In this document: in pieces, positions 27,552 through 39,459 of the stretch
Layout of the letters: every line of letters begins with the position of its first letter
Numbering within the stretch: the first letter of the stretch is position 1
DNA from: Octopus sinensis
Lineage: Eukaryota
Direction of reading: 5' to 3'
Assembly (NCBI RefSeq): GCF_006345805.1
Contig: NC_043003.1
Coordinates: forward strand, 23,188,001 to 23,252,000
Length of the DNA stretch: 64,000 nt
Program-made: the position numbers and the translations under genes
Notes under the pieces: model-generated
Database searches by the model: none
Told to the model about the DNA's origin: nothing
The model's input: only the letters and a program-made list of their open reading frames with translations

Positions 27552-29935
27552 CTTTTTTTTTCTTCTTTCAATTTTCTTCCATTTCTTGCCGAGTGTCTTC
27601 CCGACTCCTAGGGCAAAGAAACTCATAGTGTATATTGGTAGGCCATTAAACCAAACTCAGTAGTTCGTTCATTTTTTTTTTTTTTTTTTTTTTAAAGTTA
27701 AATTAAAATACATGAGCAGCAACAGTTCTCACATCGACAATGCTCTTCTCAATACGTGTGATGTACCAGTTAAGACAATCTTTTGCACTTCTTGCAGGGA
27801 TGGTAAGCCAGGGATCATTCTCATATAATTTTCGGTTCCCTTCTTGATCATTCCTAGTGCTCCTACGATCACTGGTATTGTAACCGCCTTGAGATGCCAC
27901 ATTTTCTCAATTTCAATGAGTATGTCTTTATATTTTCTGAGCTTGTCAAACTCTTTCGCTGAGATATTATGATCACAGGGGATGCTCATGTCGATCAATA
28001 AGCAAACTTTATTGTTTTGGTCTTTCACAACAATATCTGGTTTATTGGCCTTGATGGTTCGGTCTGTATGTACTGGAAAGTCCCACAGAATGGTTACATT
28101 TTCTCCTTCAGTTACAGCCTCAGGGTGGTGATTATACCACTTGCCGGCAGTTTTGATATTGTAATGCCGACTTATTAGCCAGTGGAGATATTGGCCAACT
28201 CTGTCATGTCTTAATTTATACTCCACTGGTGCTAAAACTTTACATCCAGAGATTAGGTGGTCCACTGTTTCAATCATGTCGTTGCAGAATCGGCATTTTG
28301 GGTTTGCTCCATTTTTCATCACATTGGCCTGGTAGTTCCGGGTTAATAGGCTTTGGTCTTGAGCAGCCAGGATGAAACCTTCGCTCTCTGCTTTTAGCCC
28401 TGAGCTCCGCAGCCACTGATGGGTTTGCTTCTGGTCAACATCAGCTTGTTTGCTGCGGGTCACATATTTGCCGTGCAGAGGTTTCTCCTCCCACCTATCA
28501 GCCAATTGCTCGTGCGCTTTTTTCATTGCCATCATTTTCACCTTCTTTGCAACAATAGTTGCCGTACTTCCCTCGGGTTGTTCAGTTTGGGTATCCTGCA
28601 CGAGATCAATAGCAAATTTTTTGCTTTCCTTGATGATAGAATGAAGCTTCTTTCGTCTCTCGTGATTTTCCACGAGCTTTAGCATCCAGTCATTCGATAT
28701 TTCGAGATATTTGGCCAGTCCAATTGTGGTTGTTTTGTAAGCTAGTTCAAATTGGATCAGGCCTCGACCTCCTTGGGCTCTGGGAAGGTAAAGGCGATCT
28801 ACGTCTGCCTTTGGGTGGTGCATCCTATTACAACTCAGCAGCTTGCGTATTTTTCTATCTATATTCTTTACTTCACTCATATTCCAGTTCAACACATTGT
28901 AGCTATAAGTAACAGCTGGAACTGCTAAGTAATTTATAGCTAACACCTTGTTACGTGCATTTAGTTCAGATTTCAGGACTGCACGAACTCTCCTATAACA
29001 TTCCTTCCTGATTTTCTCTTTCATGCTTGCATGCTGAATACCAGAGCCTTCATTTATCCCTAAATATTTGTATGTCTGTTCTTGCTCAAGCTCTCTTATG
29101 ACTGTGTCAACATCTAACACGACTGAATTTGTGGTCTTCACTTTCCCTTTCTGGAAAGTGGCCTTGGCACACTTCTCAAGTCCAAACTCCATCCCGATGT
29201 CATCGCTGAATGCTTTCACGGTGCGCAATAGGCCTTCAAGTTCATTATTGTCTTTACCATAAAGTTTTAAGTCATCCATATAAAATAGATGGCTTATTTT
29301 TTTATTGGCAATTTTATACCCATACCCTGTTCTGTTTAATTCACTTGTAAGGGGTATTAGGGCTATGCAGAATATTAAAGGTGAAAGTGAGTCACCTTGA
29401 AAAATTCCACAGTTGATGTTTATATTTTCTGAGGCAAGTACTCCATTAGAGTGGTATAATTGGAGATTCGTATTCCACAACGACATATTGTGCTTCAGGA
29501 AGTTTGAAATCACAGGGGAAATTTTAAAGATGTCCAGCGATCTCAAGATCCATGGATGCGGTATACTGTCGAAGGCCTTTTTATAGTCAATCCATGCGGT
29601 GCTGAGATTTCTGCGCTTGTTGTGACAGTTCTCAAGGATCATACGATTGATTAGCAGTTGATCTTTGCATCCGTAAGAGCCTCGGCGGCACCCTTTTTGT
29701 TCACTGGGGAAAATATCGTTCTTCTCCATGAATGCATATGTTTTCTCCGCCAGGATAGATGTTAGGATTTTATACGTGGTGGATAGACAGGTTATAGGCC
29801 GATAGTTTTTTGGAAGGTTGGTTTCGTTATTCTTTGGGAGTAGGTAAGTAATGCCACTTGCTAACCATTCAGGTGTTTTCTTTGGGTCTCTCAAAATTCC
29901 ATTGAGCAGCTGAACTAGCTTACCGTGTGTGCACT
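27552..29935 (-). mobile_element. Young 5'-truncated R4/Dong-type retrotransposon including its 3' UTR
   Basis: Open frame from the truncation point to the stop at 27729; 3' UTR with an internal poly-A ends in (AAT)n; (TAA)n on the 5' side. Confidence 0.92.
27729..29894 (-). CDS. Retrotransposon polyprotein (RT, CCHC zinc knuckle, PD-(D/E)xK restriction-like endonuclease), N-terminally truncated
   Basis: 721 aa without stops: NYRPITCL, EQKGCRRGSYGCKDQL, WIDYKKAFDS, GIFQGDSLSP, YMDD, CRFC..ETVDHLISGC, KPDIV..LIDMSIP..KLRKY. Confidence 0.92.
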   Translation of the reverse strand: MRDPKKTPEWLASGITYLLPKNNETNLPKNYRPITCLSTTYKILTSILAEKTYAFMEKNDIFPSEQKGCRRGSYGCKDQLLINRMILENCHNKRRNLSTAWIDYKKAFDSIPHPWILRSLDIFKISPVISNFLKHNMSLWNTNLQLYHSNGVLASENININCGIFQGDSLSPLIFCIALIPLTSELNRTGYGYKIANKKISHLFYMDDLKLYGKDNNELEGLLRTVKAFSDDIGMEFGLEKCAKATFQKGKVKTTNSVVLDVDTVIRELEQEQTYKYLGINEGSGIQHASMKEKIRKECYRRVRAVLKSELNARNKVLAINYLAVPAVTYSYNVLNWNMSEVKNIDRKIRKLLSCNRMHHPKADVDRLYLPRAQGGRGLIQFELAYKTTTIGLAKYLEISNDWMLKLVENHERRKKLHSIIKESKKFAIDLVQDTQTEQPEGSTATIVAKKVKMMAMKKAHEQLADRWEEKPLHGKYVTRSKQADVDQKQTHQWLRSSGLKAESEGFILAAQDQSLLTRNYQANVMKNGANPKCRFCNDMIETVDHLISGCKVLAPVEYKLRHDRVGQYLHWLISRHYNIKTAGKWYNHHPEAVTEGENVTILWDFPVHTDRTIKANKPDIVVKDQNNKVCLLIDMSIPCDHNISAKEFDKLRKYKDILIEIEKMWHLKAVTIPVIVGALGMIKKGTENYMRMIPGLPSLQEVQKIVLTGTSHVLRRALSM

Positions 29936-29963
29936 TATTATTATTATTATTATTATATTATTA

Positions 29964-29997
<34 letters not shown>

Positions 29998-30563
29998 ATT
30001 ATTATTATTATTATTGATATTAATATTATTTGGGACACCACGTACATGCTCCTAACACATCTTCTCAGGTCCCAAGCATTCCAGTACTCTACGCAAGCTG
30101 ACGATTAAAAATCGATCGAAGAAAAATTAACAGAATGACACGGATACTAACGCACTGAAGACACACATACACCCCACAAAGAGAATGTAAAAACAAATAA
30201 GAAATGAAAGACACGGGTACGAACACTGTAATAAACAAACCCATATACAAGCACGTACGACATACATGATAAACACATGGATACACAGACATAAAAACAC
30301 ACAAGAATGCAGATGTAAACGCATGCGCAGGTAGAATTACACACCAGCGAATAACAAATTGTAATAGGCAGAGCTAAAGGATAACATGAGACAGAGTGTC
30401 ACCGAAGAGGTCAGAGGATGTGTGATGAAAGATCTTTGATGGAAATATAATCTAAAAAAAATAATTCTAATAAAAATAAAGTGAGGGTCGAAAGACAGTA
30501 CGTGTGTTTAATTAGCTATAGAAGATATTCAAGTATAACAAATTACATGCGAATATATATATA

Positions 30564-30606
<43 letters not shown>

Positions 30607-30801
30607 TATATATTCATATACGATTCGAATGGTTTTATGAATTTGTGTTAACCTACTTCCTCGATTCCAACATGTGTAAATTTTAAGACATGATTTAGAG
30701 TGGTTGGACGAATTTAACATCTATCTTAAGCATATAGGTACAGAATCCCTGTGGCCTTAGTTATAATTTATTTTATACAATAATAAATCTCCGCATATTA
30801 T

Positions 30802-30872
<71 letters not shown>

Positions 30873-31363
30873 GTAGAAATATCTTACGAAATGAAAATAT
30901 AAAATACACGTTGAAATGTAAGTGTAAAATATGTAAAATCAACGAAAATGCATATTGCAAATAGAAAAAGGCTATTTATGATAGGCAACGACAAATATAT
31001 ACATTTAGATTGACTGAGGTAGTAATACGAATAATGAAAGTTATTATTATGAGATGATTATAAGATGATATTAAAGTAAGAGGACAAAACGAACCAATGA
31101 ACAACACCGGTTTGAACAACACCGGTTAATACACGGTGTCAGGTCTAATATATATTTATATGGGGGGGGGGAAGAATTCACAAAACAACAAAAGACGCAG
31201 TCAGGTGGTGTAGACAACAAACAGATGTATTAGTATTACACTCTGGAAGTGAATAAGTCTTTAACGTTTCGAGCCTATGGTCCTCCGCAGAAAGGAACAC
31301 AGAAAGAAACACGGAGAGAAAATAAAGAATGTGTAGTGGCTAGCAATCTATCTCTCTCACTCA

Positions 31364-31395
<32 letters not shown>

Positions 31396-31407
31396 GAATA
31401 TATGTAT

Positions 31408-31560
31408 GTAGGAATGGCTGTGTGGTAAGTAGCTTGCTAAACAACCACATGGTTCCGGGTTCAGTCCCACTGCGTGGCATCTTGGGCAAGTGTCTTCTGC
31501 TATAGCCCCGGGCCTTGTGAGTGGATTTGGTAGAGGGAAACTGAAAGAAGCCTGTCGTAT

Positions 31561-31631
<71 letters not shown>

Positions 31632-31850
31632 ATGTGTGTGTTTGTGTGTTTGTGTGTCTGTGTTTGTCCCCCTAGCATTGCTTGACAACCGATGCTGGTG
31701 TGTTTACGCCCCGTTACTTAGCGGTTCGGCAAAAGAGACCGATAGAATAAGTACTGGGCTTACAAAAGAATAAGCGCCGGGGTCGAGTTGCTCGATTAAA
31801 GGCGGTGCTCCAGCATGGCCGCAGTCGAATGACTGAAACAAGTAAATGAA
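31408..31850 (+). mobile_element. Composite tRNA-derived SINE with an internal (TA)n/(TG)n tract
   Basis: ggctgtgtggtaagtagcttgct...ggttccgggttcagtccc head and ...ggcggtgctccagcatggccgcagtc...tgactgaaacaag tail. Other copies or halves lie at 11375-11545, 34510-34710, 36395-36715, 50453-50846, 53945-54080 and 59290-59640. Confidence 0.85.
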
Positions 31851-31882
31851 AAAAAATGAAAATGAAAAAATTGAATATATAC

Positions 31883-31940
<58 letters not shown>

Positions 31941-32365
31941 GAGAGAGAGAGGAAGAGAGAGTGATATTGTACCACTGCCACGTCTACTGAGTAGACATTA
32001 GTCAATGTCAATCAGTAGACATTGGTCAATCCAGAGATGCAGTACGAAACACTTGCCGAACATAACTCGACTCCCGTGGTACCGCAACATATGTTACTGT
32101 CACAGAATGTAGATAGTAGACGGGAATCCATATTATATTCAAACGCAGACTTATGTTGCTTCTACTTCAAAATATATCTATATTTATATCGAAAACACTA
32201 ATGGTGTGATGTAGTCAGGCGATACAGTTCTCAGTTGCAATAAATATTCATGGCTTTTTAGAAATATCTTTTCAATTCAGCCCCTCATGATATGACAACC
32301 TACATTCCTTGACAATTGAAAAGTAATCTCGGTATTATTCCAAATAACATTGTTGCTTGCAATGT

Positions 32366-32464
<99 letters not shown>

Positions 32465-32623
32465 GTCTGTCTGTCTCTATTCTTCTCTCGTTTCTTCCAT
32501 CTGTATGAATACGACATTATATACTATATATATATATATAAATAAATATTATGGGGAATATATCCAAATTTACAGGGACAAAAAAATCAGATTTAGGATT
32601 AAATCCAATTTTATAGTAAATAT

Positions 32624-32961
32624 TATAAAATATATTTGAGACAAAACCACTATTTGCAAAACAAACAGGAAAGACTTAATCAATACATAAAATTTAATGA
32701 AATAGTCAAAAAAACCGCCACTACAATCGTTTCTTGTCTTGATCGGACAATCTTCAGGTGGACTTCCAATAATTCGTTACAATAATATACAAACACACTT
32801 CATAATTTGTAACTGAATATGGAAGTCCACCTGAAGATTGTCGATCAAGACAAAAACGATCTAGTGGCGGTTTTTTTGACTATTTATTAAATTTTATGTA
32901 TTGATTAATCTTTCCTTGTTTGTTTTGCAAAATAGTGTTTTTGCTCGAATAATATTTTATA
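32624..32961. mobile_element. Fold-back element (~145-bp arms, 51-nt spacer) with a hammerhead motif in each arm
   Basis: 32624-32768 is the reverse complement of 32820-32961. Confidence 0.8.
32718..32761 (-). ncRNA. Minimal type I hammerhead ribozyme with an intact core
   Basis: ccac CTGAAGA ttgtc-cgatcaa-gacaa GAAAC gatt GTA gtgg. Confidence 0.75.
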
Positions 32962-33684
32962 TATATATATATATATATATTTCTTTATTGCACACAAGGG
33001 GCTAAACATAGAGGGGACAAACAAGGACAGACAAAGGGATTAAGTCGATTACATCGACCCCAGTGCTAAACTGGTATTTTATTTATCGACCCCGAAAGGA
33101 TGAAAGGCAAAGTTGACCTTGACGGAATTTGAACTCAGAACGTAACGACAGACGAAATACCACTAAGCATTTCGCCTGGCGCATATACAAACACACATGC
33201 ATGTATGCCTCTATATGTATACATATATAAATATTATACTCATCTTTACATTTATCTACTACTAAGCATACATATATGTCTGTATATATATGTACAAGCA
33301 TACATTTGTACACTGTGACTCTCTGTGTGTATGTATGTGTGTGTGTGTGTGTGTGTGTTCATTCACGTCGCTTAATTCATTGTCGATGTATACTAGCGGT
33401 TAAAGTTGTCTCCGTATATTTCTCAATTACAAATGAAACTACTTATCATTAGATGTGTTTTTCTTATCTTTTGAGGGGTGCAATATTTAGCATTACATTT
33501 TCAATTTGCCTAATGCAATTTTGATCCATATCCATGCAGCAACAACAACAACAAAAAATAAAACTGATCGCCATTTAGTGGAAACACATAGTATGTAATA
33601 TATTTGTAACCAGATGTAATATCTATGTAAAATATTCGTTTCTACTCTAGACACAAGACAAGACATTTTGGGGGAGGGGGCAAG

Positions 33685-34215
33685 TCGATTAGATCGACCC
33701 CAGTACGCTACTGGTACTTAATTTATCGACACCGAAAGGATGAAAGGCAGAGTCGACTCGGCGGAATTTGAACTCAGAACGAAAAGACAGACGAAATACC
33801 TATTTCTTTACTACCCACAAGGGGCTAAACACAGAGAGGACAAACAAGGACAGACAAACGGAATAAGTCGATTATATCGACCCCAGCGCGTAACTGGTAC
33901 TTAATTTATCGACCCCGAAAGGATGAAAGGCAAAGTCGACCTCGGCGGAATTTGAACTCAGAACGAAAAGACAGACGAAATACCTATTTCTTAACTACCC
34001 ACAAGGGGCTAAAGACAGAGAGGACAAACAAGGACAGCCAAACGGATTAAGTCGATTATATCGACCCCAGTGCGTAACTGGTACTTATTTAATTGACCCC
34101 GGAAAGGATGAAAGGTAAATCGACCTCGGCGGAATTTGAACTCAGAACGTAATGGCAGACGAAATACTGCTAAGCATTTTGCCCAGCGTGCTAATGATTC
34201 TGCCACCTCGCCGCT
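33685..34215 (-). repeat. Tandem SINE-body array (3 units); similar arrays at 32985-33180, 37250-37665, 41530-41940 (+) and 48395-48750 (+)
   Basis: Same unit as 14160-15100. Confidence 0.85.
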
Positions 34216-36923
34216 TTATCTATGTTAAATATTGAATACAAATCGTATCTCACTAATTCTTCGTGGTGTAATCGAAATTTCTGAAATTGAATAATTTCCG
34301 TCATTGATGAGTATTATTTGTTCCCTTCTTATGGGCAGAATTAGCTACAAACTGCTAATGTTTCACTGTCGTCCGATGTTTCACGCGTGCATAGAATTGT
34401 ACTGAAATAAAAGACGTAAAAATATCACTTCGGACATGCTAGATACAACAAGTAAAGGACATGATATATATGTGTGTGTGTGTATATAAGCATGTGTGTG
34501 TGTACATATATGTCTGTTTTTGTGTGTCTATTTGTCCCTCCACCATCGCTTGACAACCGATGCTGATGTGTTTACGTCTCTGTAACTTAGCCGTTCGGCA
34601 AAACAGACCGATAAAATAAGTACTAGGCTTACAAAGAATAAGTCCTGGGATCGATTTGTTCGACTAAAGGCGGCATGGCCGCAGTCAAGTGGCTGAAACG
34701 TATAAGGGTAAGAGTATATACATATATACATATATATACGTGCGCGCACACTCACACACAAACACAGACATGCCATTTTACTTAATGGATACTATATTTG
34801 TCCTTGCTTGTTCGTAGAATATCTCTGCCAATTACTCTCTGTATTATCGATGATACACGAGACACGTAGTCAAATTAGAAAGCGTACATAAGTTTTCCAT
34901 TTAATTTTTGACTCTTATCCAGATATCTAGCGTTTTGTTTGTCACTGACATTAACTAAGATAATGGCTACATCGTGAGAGAGAAAAAGAGAGACGGAGAG
35001 AGAAAGGGATATTGAGAGGGAAAGAGAGAAAGAAGGAAAGAATTTTTATGGGTTACAATTTGAATAGATATATAATATAATAATTTGTATATATCACATG
35101 CAGTAACAATCGTTTCAGATCTTTTATATGTTTGACTGTTTGTATAACAACCAGTGAATCTCTGTCCACGGGAGACAACAGTTTAAAGAAATACAGATGT
35201 TTATTTCTGATAAATTTAAGACAGACTAACTGATTATGAGTGATATGTATTAGCCTAAAGGAATTAATTTTATTTAATCTTATCCCACACTGTTCCGAAA
35301 TATGTAATTATATTTGTCCATATATACTTTCATAGTTCTCGAATACACAAATATTTTTCATTGGATATTGAATACGCTTAGTATAAAATGTCCTAACACT
35401 AACTTAACTATTGCTTTTCATGGCAAAATATTGCGAAATTCTGTCTATTTTGATACATACATACATACATACATACATACATTCATACATACATACATAC
35501 ATACATGCATACATATACACAAACACACACACACATACACACACATATATATACATATATATATATATATGAATGGGACAAAAACGCAATAGAGGGCATT
35601 AAAACGTTCGGATAGATAGTCGATACAAAGGCGGTCAAGAGAAACAAACAATTAGAAGGACAGCCAAAAAAAGGCCGGTCATTCTTGGTTTTCTTTCGTC
35701 AGTCAAGTCCCGGAAGTCACGACCATTTCGGGCAGTTGCACTTCAGATGGTTCGATCTGGTTGCCCCACAAAATGTGTAAGCTAAGAGCATTAGACTTCT
35801 TTGTAAGAAAGCTAACGAATGGCAACAAAGGCAAAAAAAAATTAACAAAAAAAAAACGGAGAACACGGTACACAATTACGAATACAAACAAGAAATAACA
35901 ACAGGCGTCTTTCGCAGGAACGTGGGAGATGGACGGTCGGCAGTCAGGCCAAGAAAAAATGATCGTGGCTGACCGGACACCGGTCACGTGGAAGAAGGAG
36001 AGATGGGCAGGGGACGGCGGGATGGAAGGATTAGAAAAAATCAGAAACAAAGAGAAAGTTACAGGGGATATAAGTGAGTGGGAAATAGTGTGATATAAAG
36101 AAAGACAGGACTAAGAAATGTGAGAAAGAAGGAGCGAGAAAAGGAAGAAAATGTGAGGGGAAATAAAAGATAGGGAAAGTGTCTTTCAGAATTTATATAC
36201 ACACGTCTATTTTAGCCTGGTATACAGAACGTACGTATGTATGTATATATATATATATATGCATACGTATGTATGAGGGAGTGTCTTTGAGTTTAAGAGT
36301 ATACTCTCATTACTTTGAAAATCACTGATGGTTTTGTATGTTCCAGGTATGTAGGTGTTAGGCAAAAGACAGCAATAATTAAGTAAGCGTATGAAAACAG
36401 TTTCAAGTGCTGGAGTCAATTCGTTCGACTCAAACTGGAGTGCGGTGCTCCAGCATGGCCTGTGGCCCATGACTGAAACAACAAAAATAGTAAAAGAATA
36501 TTCTGCAATCTATTTTATTCATCCATCAGTTGATCTGCTTTGTGATTTTGTTAATCAGGAGTGGCTGTGTTGTAAGACGTTTGTTTCCCATCTACATGGC
36601 TAACGGTTCAGTCCTACTGTGTGGCATCTTGGGCAAGTGGCCTTTACTCTAGCCTCGGGCCAACCAAAGCCTTGTGAGTGGATTTGGTAGACGGAAACTA
36701 ACGAATCCCGTCGTATATATATATCTAAATATATACATATAATTTTTAAAGTATGTAAATAAACATACGAACATATACCAAATACACAGACAAACGGAAA
36801 ACACAAACGGTCATCAAACCCTCCTCAGTTATCGGCCAGATGATCGAGCGCAATTTCGGCCATTATCGATATTTCTTCCACTCTGGAGGCATGTATGTGT
36901 ATGTGTGTGTGTGTGTTGTGTGT

Positions 36924-36976
<53 letters not shown>

Positions 36977-38869
36977 GCGTATGTGTGTGTGTGTGTGTGC
37001 GATGCGTTTACAAAAGTATCGGAGAAATGTTTTGGTGCAGTTGTTTCATCTCTCTATGTATACTCTGAATCTAAATCATGCAGGTATCAAATTTACCTTC
37101 CATCTCATGGAGTTCGATAAAACAATGACGCAATTCCTGCCTTATGCCAAAGGTAGAAACCATTTAATTCAGCTATCTGGTCGAATCATTAGAGTGTATA
37201 ACACGAGATTTAGGTTCTTTTAATTTTTTACATTTTTAGGTTCGTATTTTTTATTGCCCATAAGGGTCTAAACGTAGAGGGGACAAACAAGGACAGACAA
37301 GGACAGACAAAGGGATTAAGTCGATTAGATCGACCTCTGTGCGTAACTGGTACTTAATTTATTGACTCCGAAAGGATGAAAGGCAAAGTCGACCTTGGCG
37401 GAATATGAATACAGAATGTAACGGCAGACGATATTCCTATTTCTTTACTACCCACAAGGGGCTAAACACAGAGGGGACAAACAAGGACAGACAAACGGAT
37501 TAAGTCGATTACATCGACCAGAGTGCGTAACTGGTACTTATTTAATCGACCCCGAAAGGATGAAAGGCAAAGTCGACCTCGGCAGAATTTGAACTCAGAA
37601 CGTAACGGCAAACGAAATACCACTCAGCATTTCGCCCGGCGTGCTAACGTTTCTGCCAGCTCGTCGTCATTCTTTAGTTTCTGCCAATGTAAACTTGGAT
37701 TTTGTCTTCTTATGGTCGATAAAAAGAAGTGTTGGTGGAACTGGTGTCGATCGTACTGACTCTAGTAACCTTTTATCACCTTTCCGGGCAGGGTATCTAA
37801 ATCAGAAGCCACTATTTAACTTGAAACACAAGTTCAGATCCAGTCCCGGCCAACTTTGTTTTTCGTTTCTCTGGTGTAAAGTACGAATCCAGGTCTGGGG
37901 TCGGTGTAATTGAGTAACATCTTCCCATGGAAATTATTAGTCATGCGCCCAAATTAGAAGCAACCATTATACTACATTTCAAGTAAATTATCGGTAAATA
38001 ATATGTATGAAAAGTTCACAAAGTGTAAAAGGTTAGTATGTCGTGGGCAGGAGGTGAGAAGAGAGACGGATGGAGAGGAAGGGCCTAGCGTTTCGTGCAA
38101 ACCCATTATCAGAGATTATTTTTACCCGAGTTATATTTAACTTTGGCATATTTTTATGCGTACAGACAAGACTTCATATTTTGTTTGATGGAAAAATGAT
38201 GAAATTTTGTTTCTTTTTTTCTCTCATTTATGGTATTTTTAAGAACATTATTTAGTTACATAATTGAAATACAAAAATAATAAAACTAGAATCTAACGCC
38301 GCCTGAGGGTGATTAGTTTGTCAGAGTTTACCATACGAACTCTTTATAACTTGGCAACTCTTAATAAAAATATTGATTTATTTTGGATTTGTTTTTGGAA
38401 TCAAAGGCAGGTGATATATTTTGACTGGCTGGGTACTCAAATCTATGTTAAAAATCTCGGCAACTATGGGAAAGATATTTCTTGTTTTCTACAAAATATC
38501 AACCTACTTGTAATGCAATACATTCATTCATTATTCTGAATGTATCTCACGTCGTTAGTAAAACGTAACAAGTTCAAAGCTTGGCTGATAATGAGCGAAT
38601 GAGTTACCTGTGAATCATGCTGTGACCTGATAGAAATAACAGCGAAAACTACCGAGGTTTTCACACTGTCGTAAAAAATGATAGATATATATGTTGGACC
38701 ATAGGTCTGTTACTTCAGGGCTGAACCACTATGGAATGGGTTATTCTTTTGAAAGCTTATATATCTTTCTTCACTGGAAGCTATAAATTTGAGATTACTA
38801 TCATTATTCTATTGCTAAACTGTATTGATATTGCAGTTCTATATTTAAGAGATGAGGAATTATGTAAAT

Positions 38870-39006
38870 TATTTACATTTAACGGATATTTGTCCTCATC
38901 TTGTTTCTTGTTAACACAACGTTTCGGTTGAGATGCCCTCCAGCCTTCATCCGGTGTCTTGGGGGAGATTTCGAACCTGGGTTCTCATTCCTAAGGTATT
39001 TTTCGA

Positions 39007-39069
<63 letters not shown>

Positions 39070-39325
39070 TACTACTACTATTACTACTATATACCCACGG
39101 GCTTATGGCGTAGTGGTTAAGAGCGCGGGTTACTAACCCCAAGATTCCGAGTTCGATTCCAGGCAATAATAATAATAATAACAACATCGAAAAATACCTT
39201 AGGAATGAGAACTCAGGTTCGAAATTTTCCCAAGGCACCTGATGAAGGCTGGAGGGTATGTCAGCCGAAACGTTGTGTTAACAACAAACCATATGAGAAC
39301 TAATATCCGTCACATTTAAATAATG
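38870..39325. mobile_element. Fold-back element: inverted HHR arm, (TAA)n, tRNA-like head, (AAT)n, HHR arm
   Basis: 38870-39015 is the reverse complement of about 39165-39325; A box TGGCGTAGTGG at 39106-39116 and B box GAGTTCGATTCC at 39149-39160. Confidence 0.8.
39234..39279 (+). ncRNA. Minimal type I hammerhead ribozyme motif
   Basis: ggcac CTGATGA a ggctg-gagggtatgt-cagcc GAAAC GTT gtgtt. The mirror copy at 38913-38958 (-) has CGGATGA. Confidence 0.7.
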
Positions 39326-39459
39326 TAAATAAATGTAAATAATGTGTACTGGTATTGTAACTAGTTTTATAATAGTTTCTCTTGGACGGCATCGTAGTAT
39401 ACGTTGAGTAATAGTCTCTTTATGTAAGTAATATTCTTCTTTTCATTCCTATTCTTACT

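Noticed and set aside
35690-35760. Hammerhead-like fragments (CTGAAGT..GAAAT, CTGACGA) on the minus strand of a dispersed repeat at about 35560-36060
   Set aside because: A fold requires assuming several deletions; it cannot be supported from this copy alone.
39099-39164. Functional tRNA gene
   Set aside because: A and B boxes are present, but I could not form a complete acceptor stem and there is no poly-T terminator; treated as a SINE-type head.
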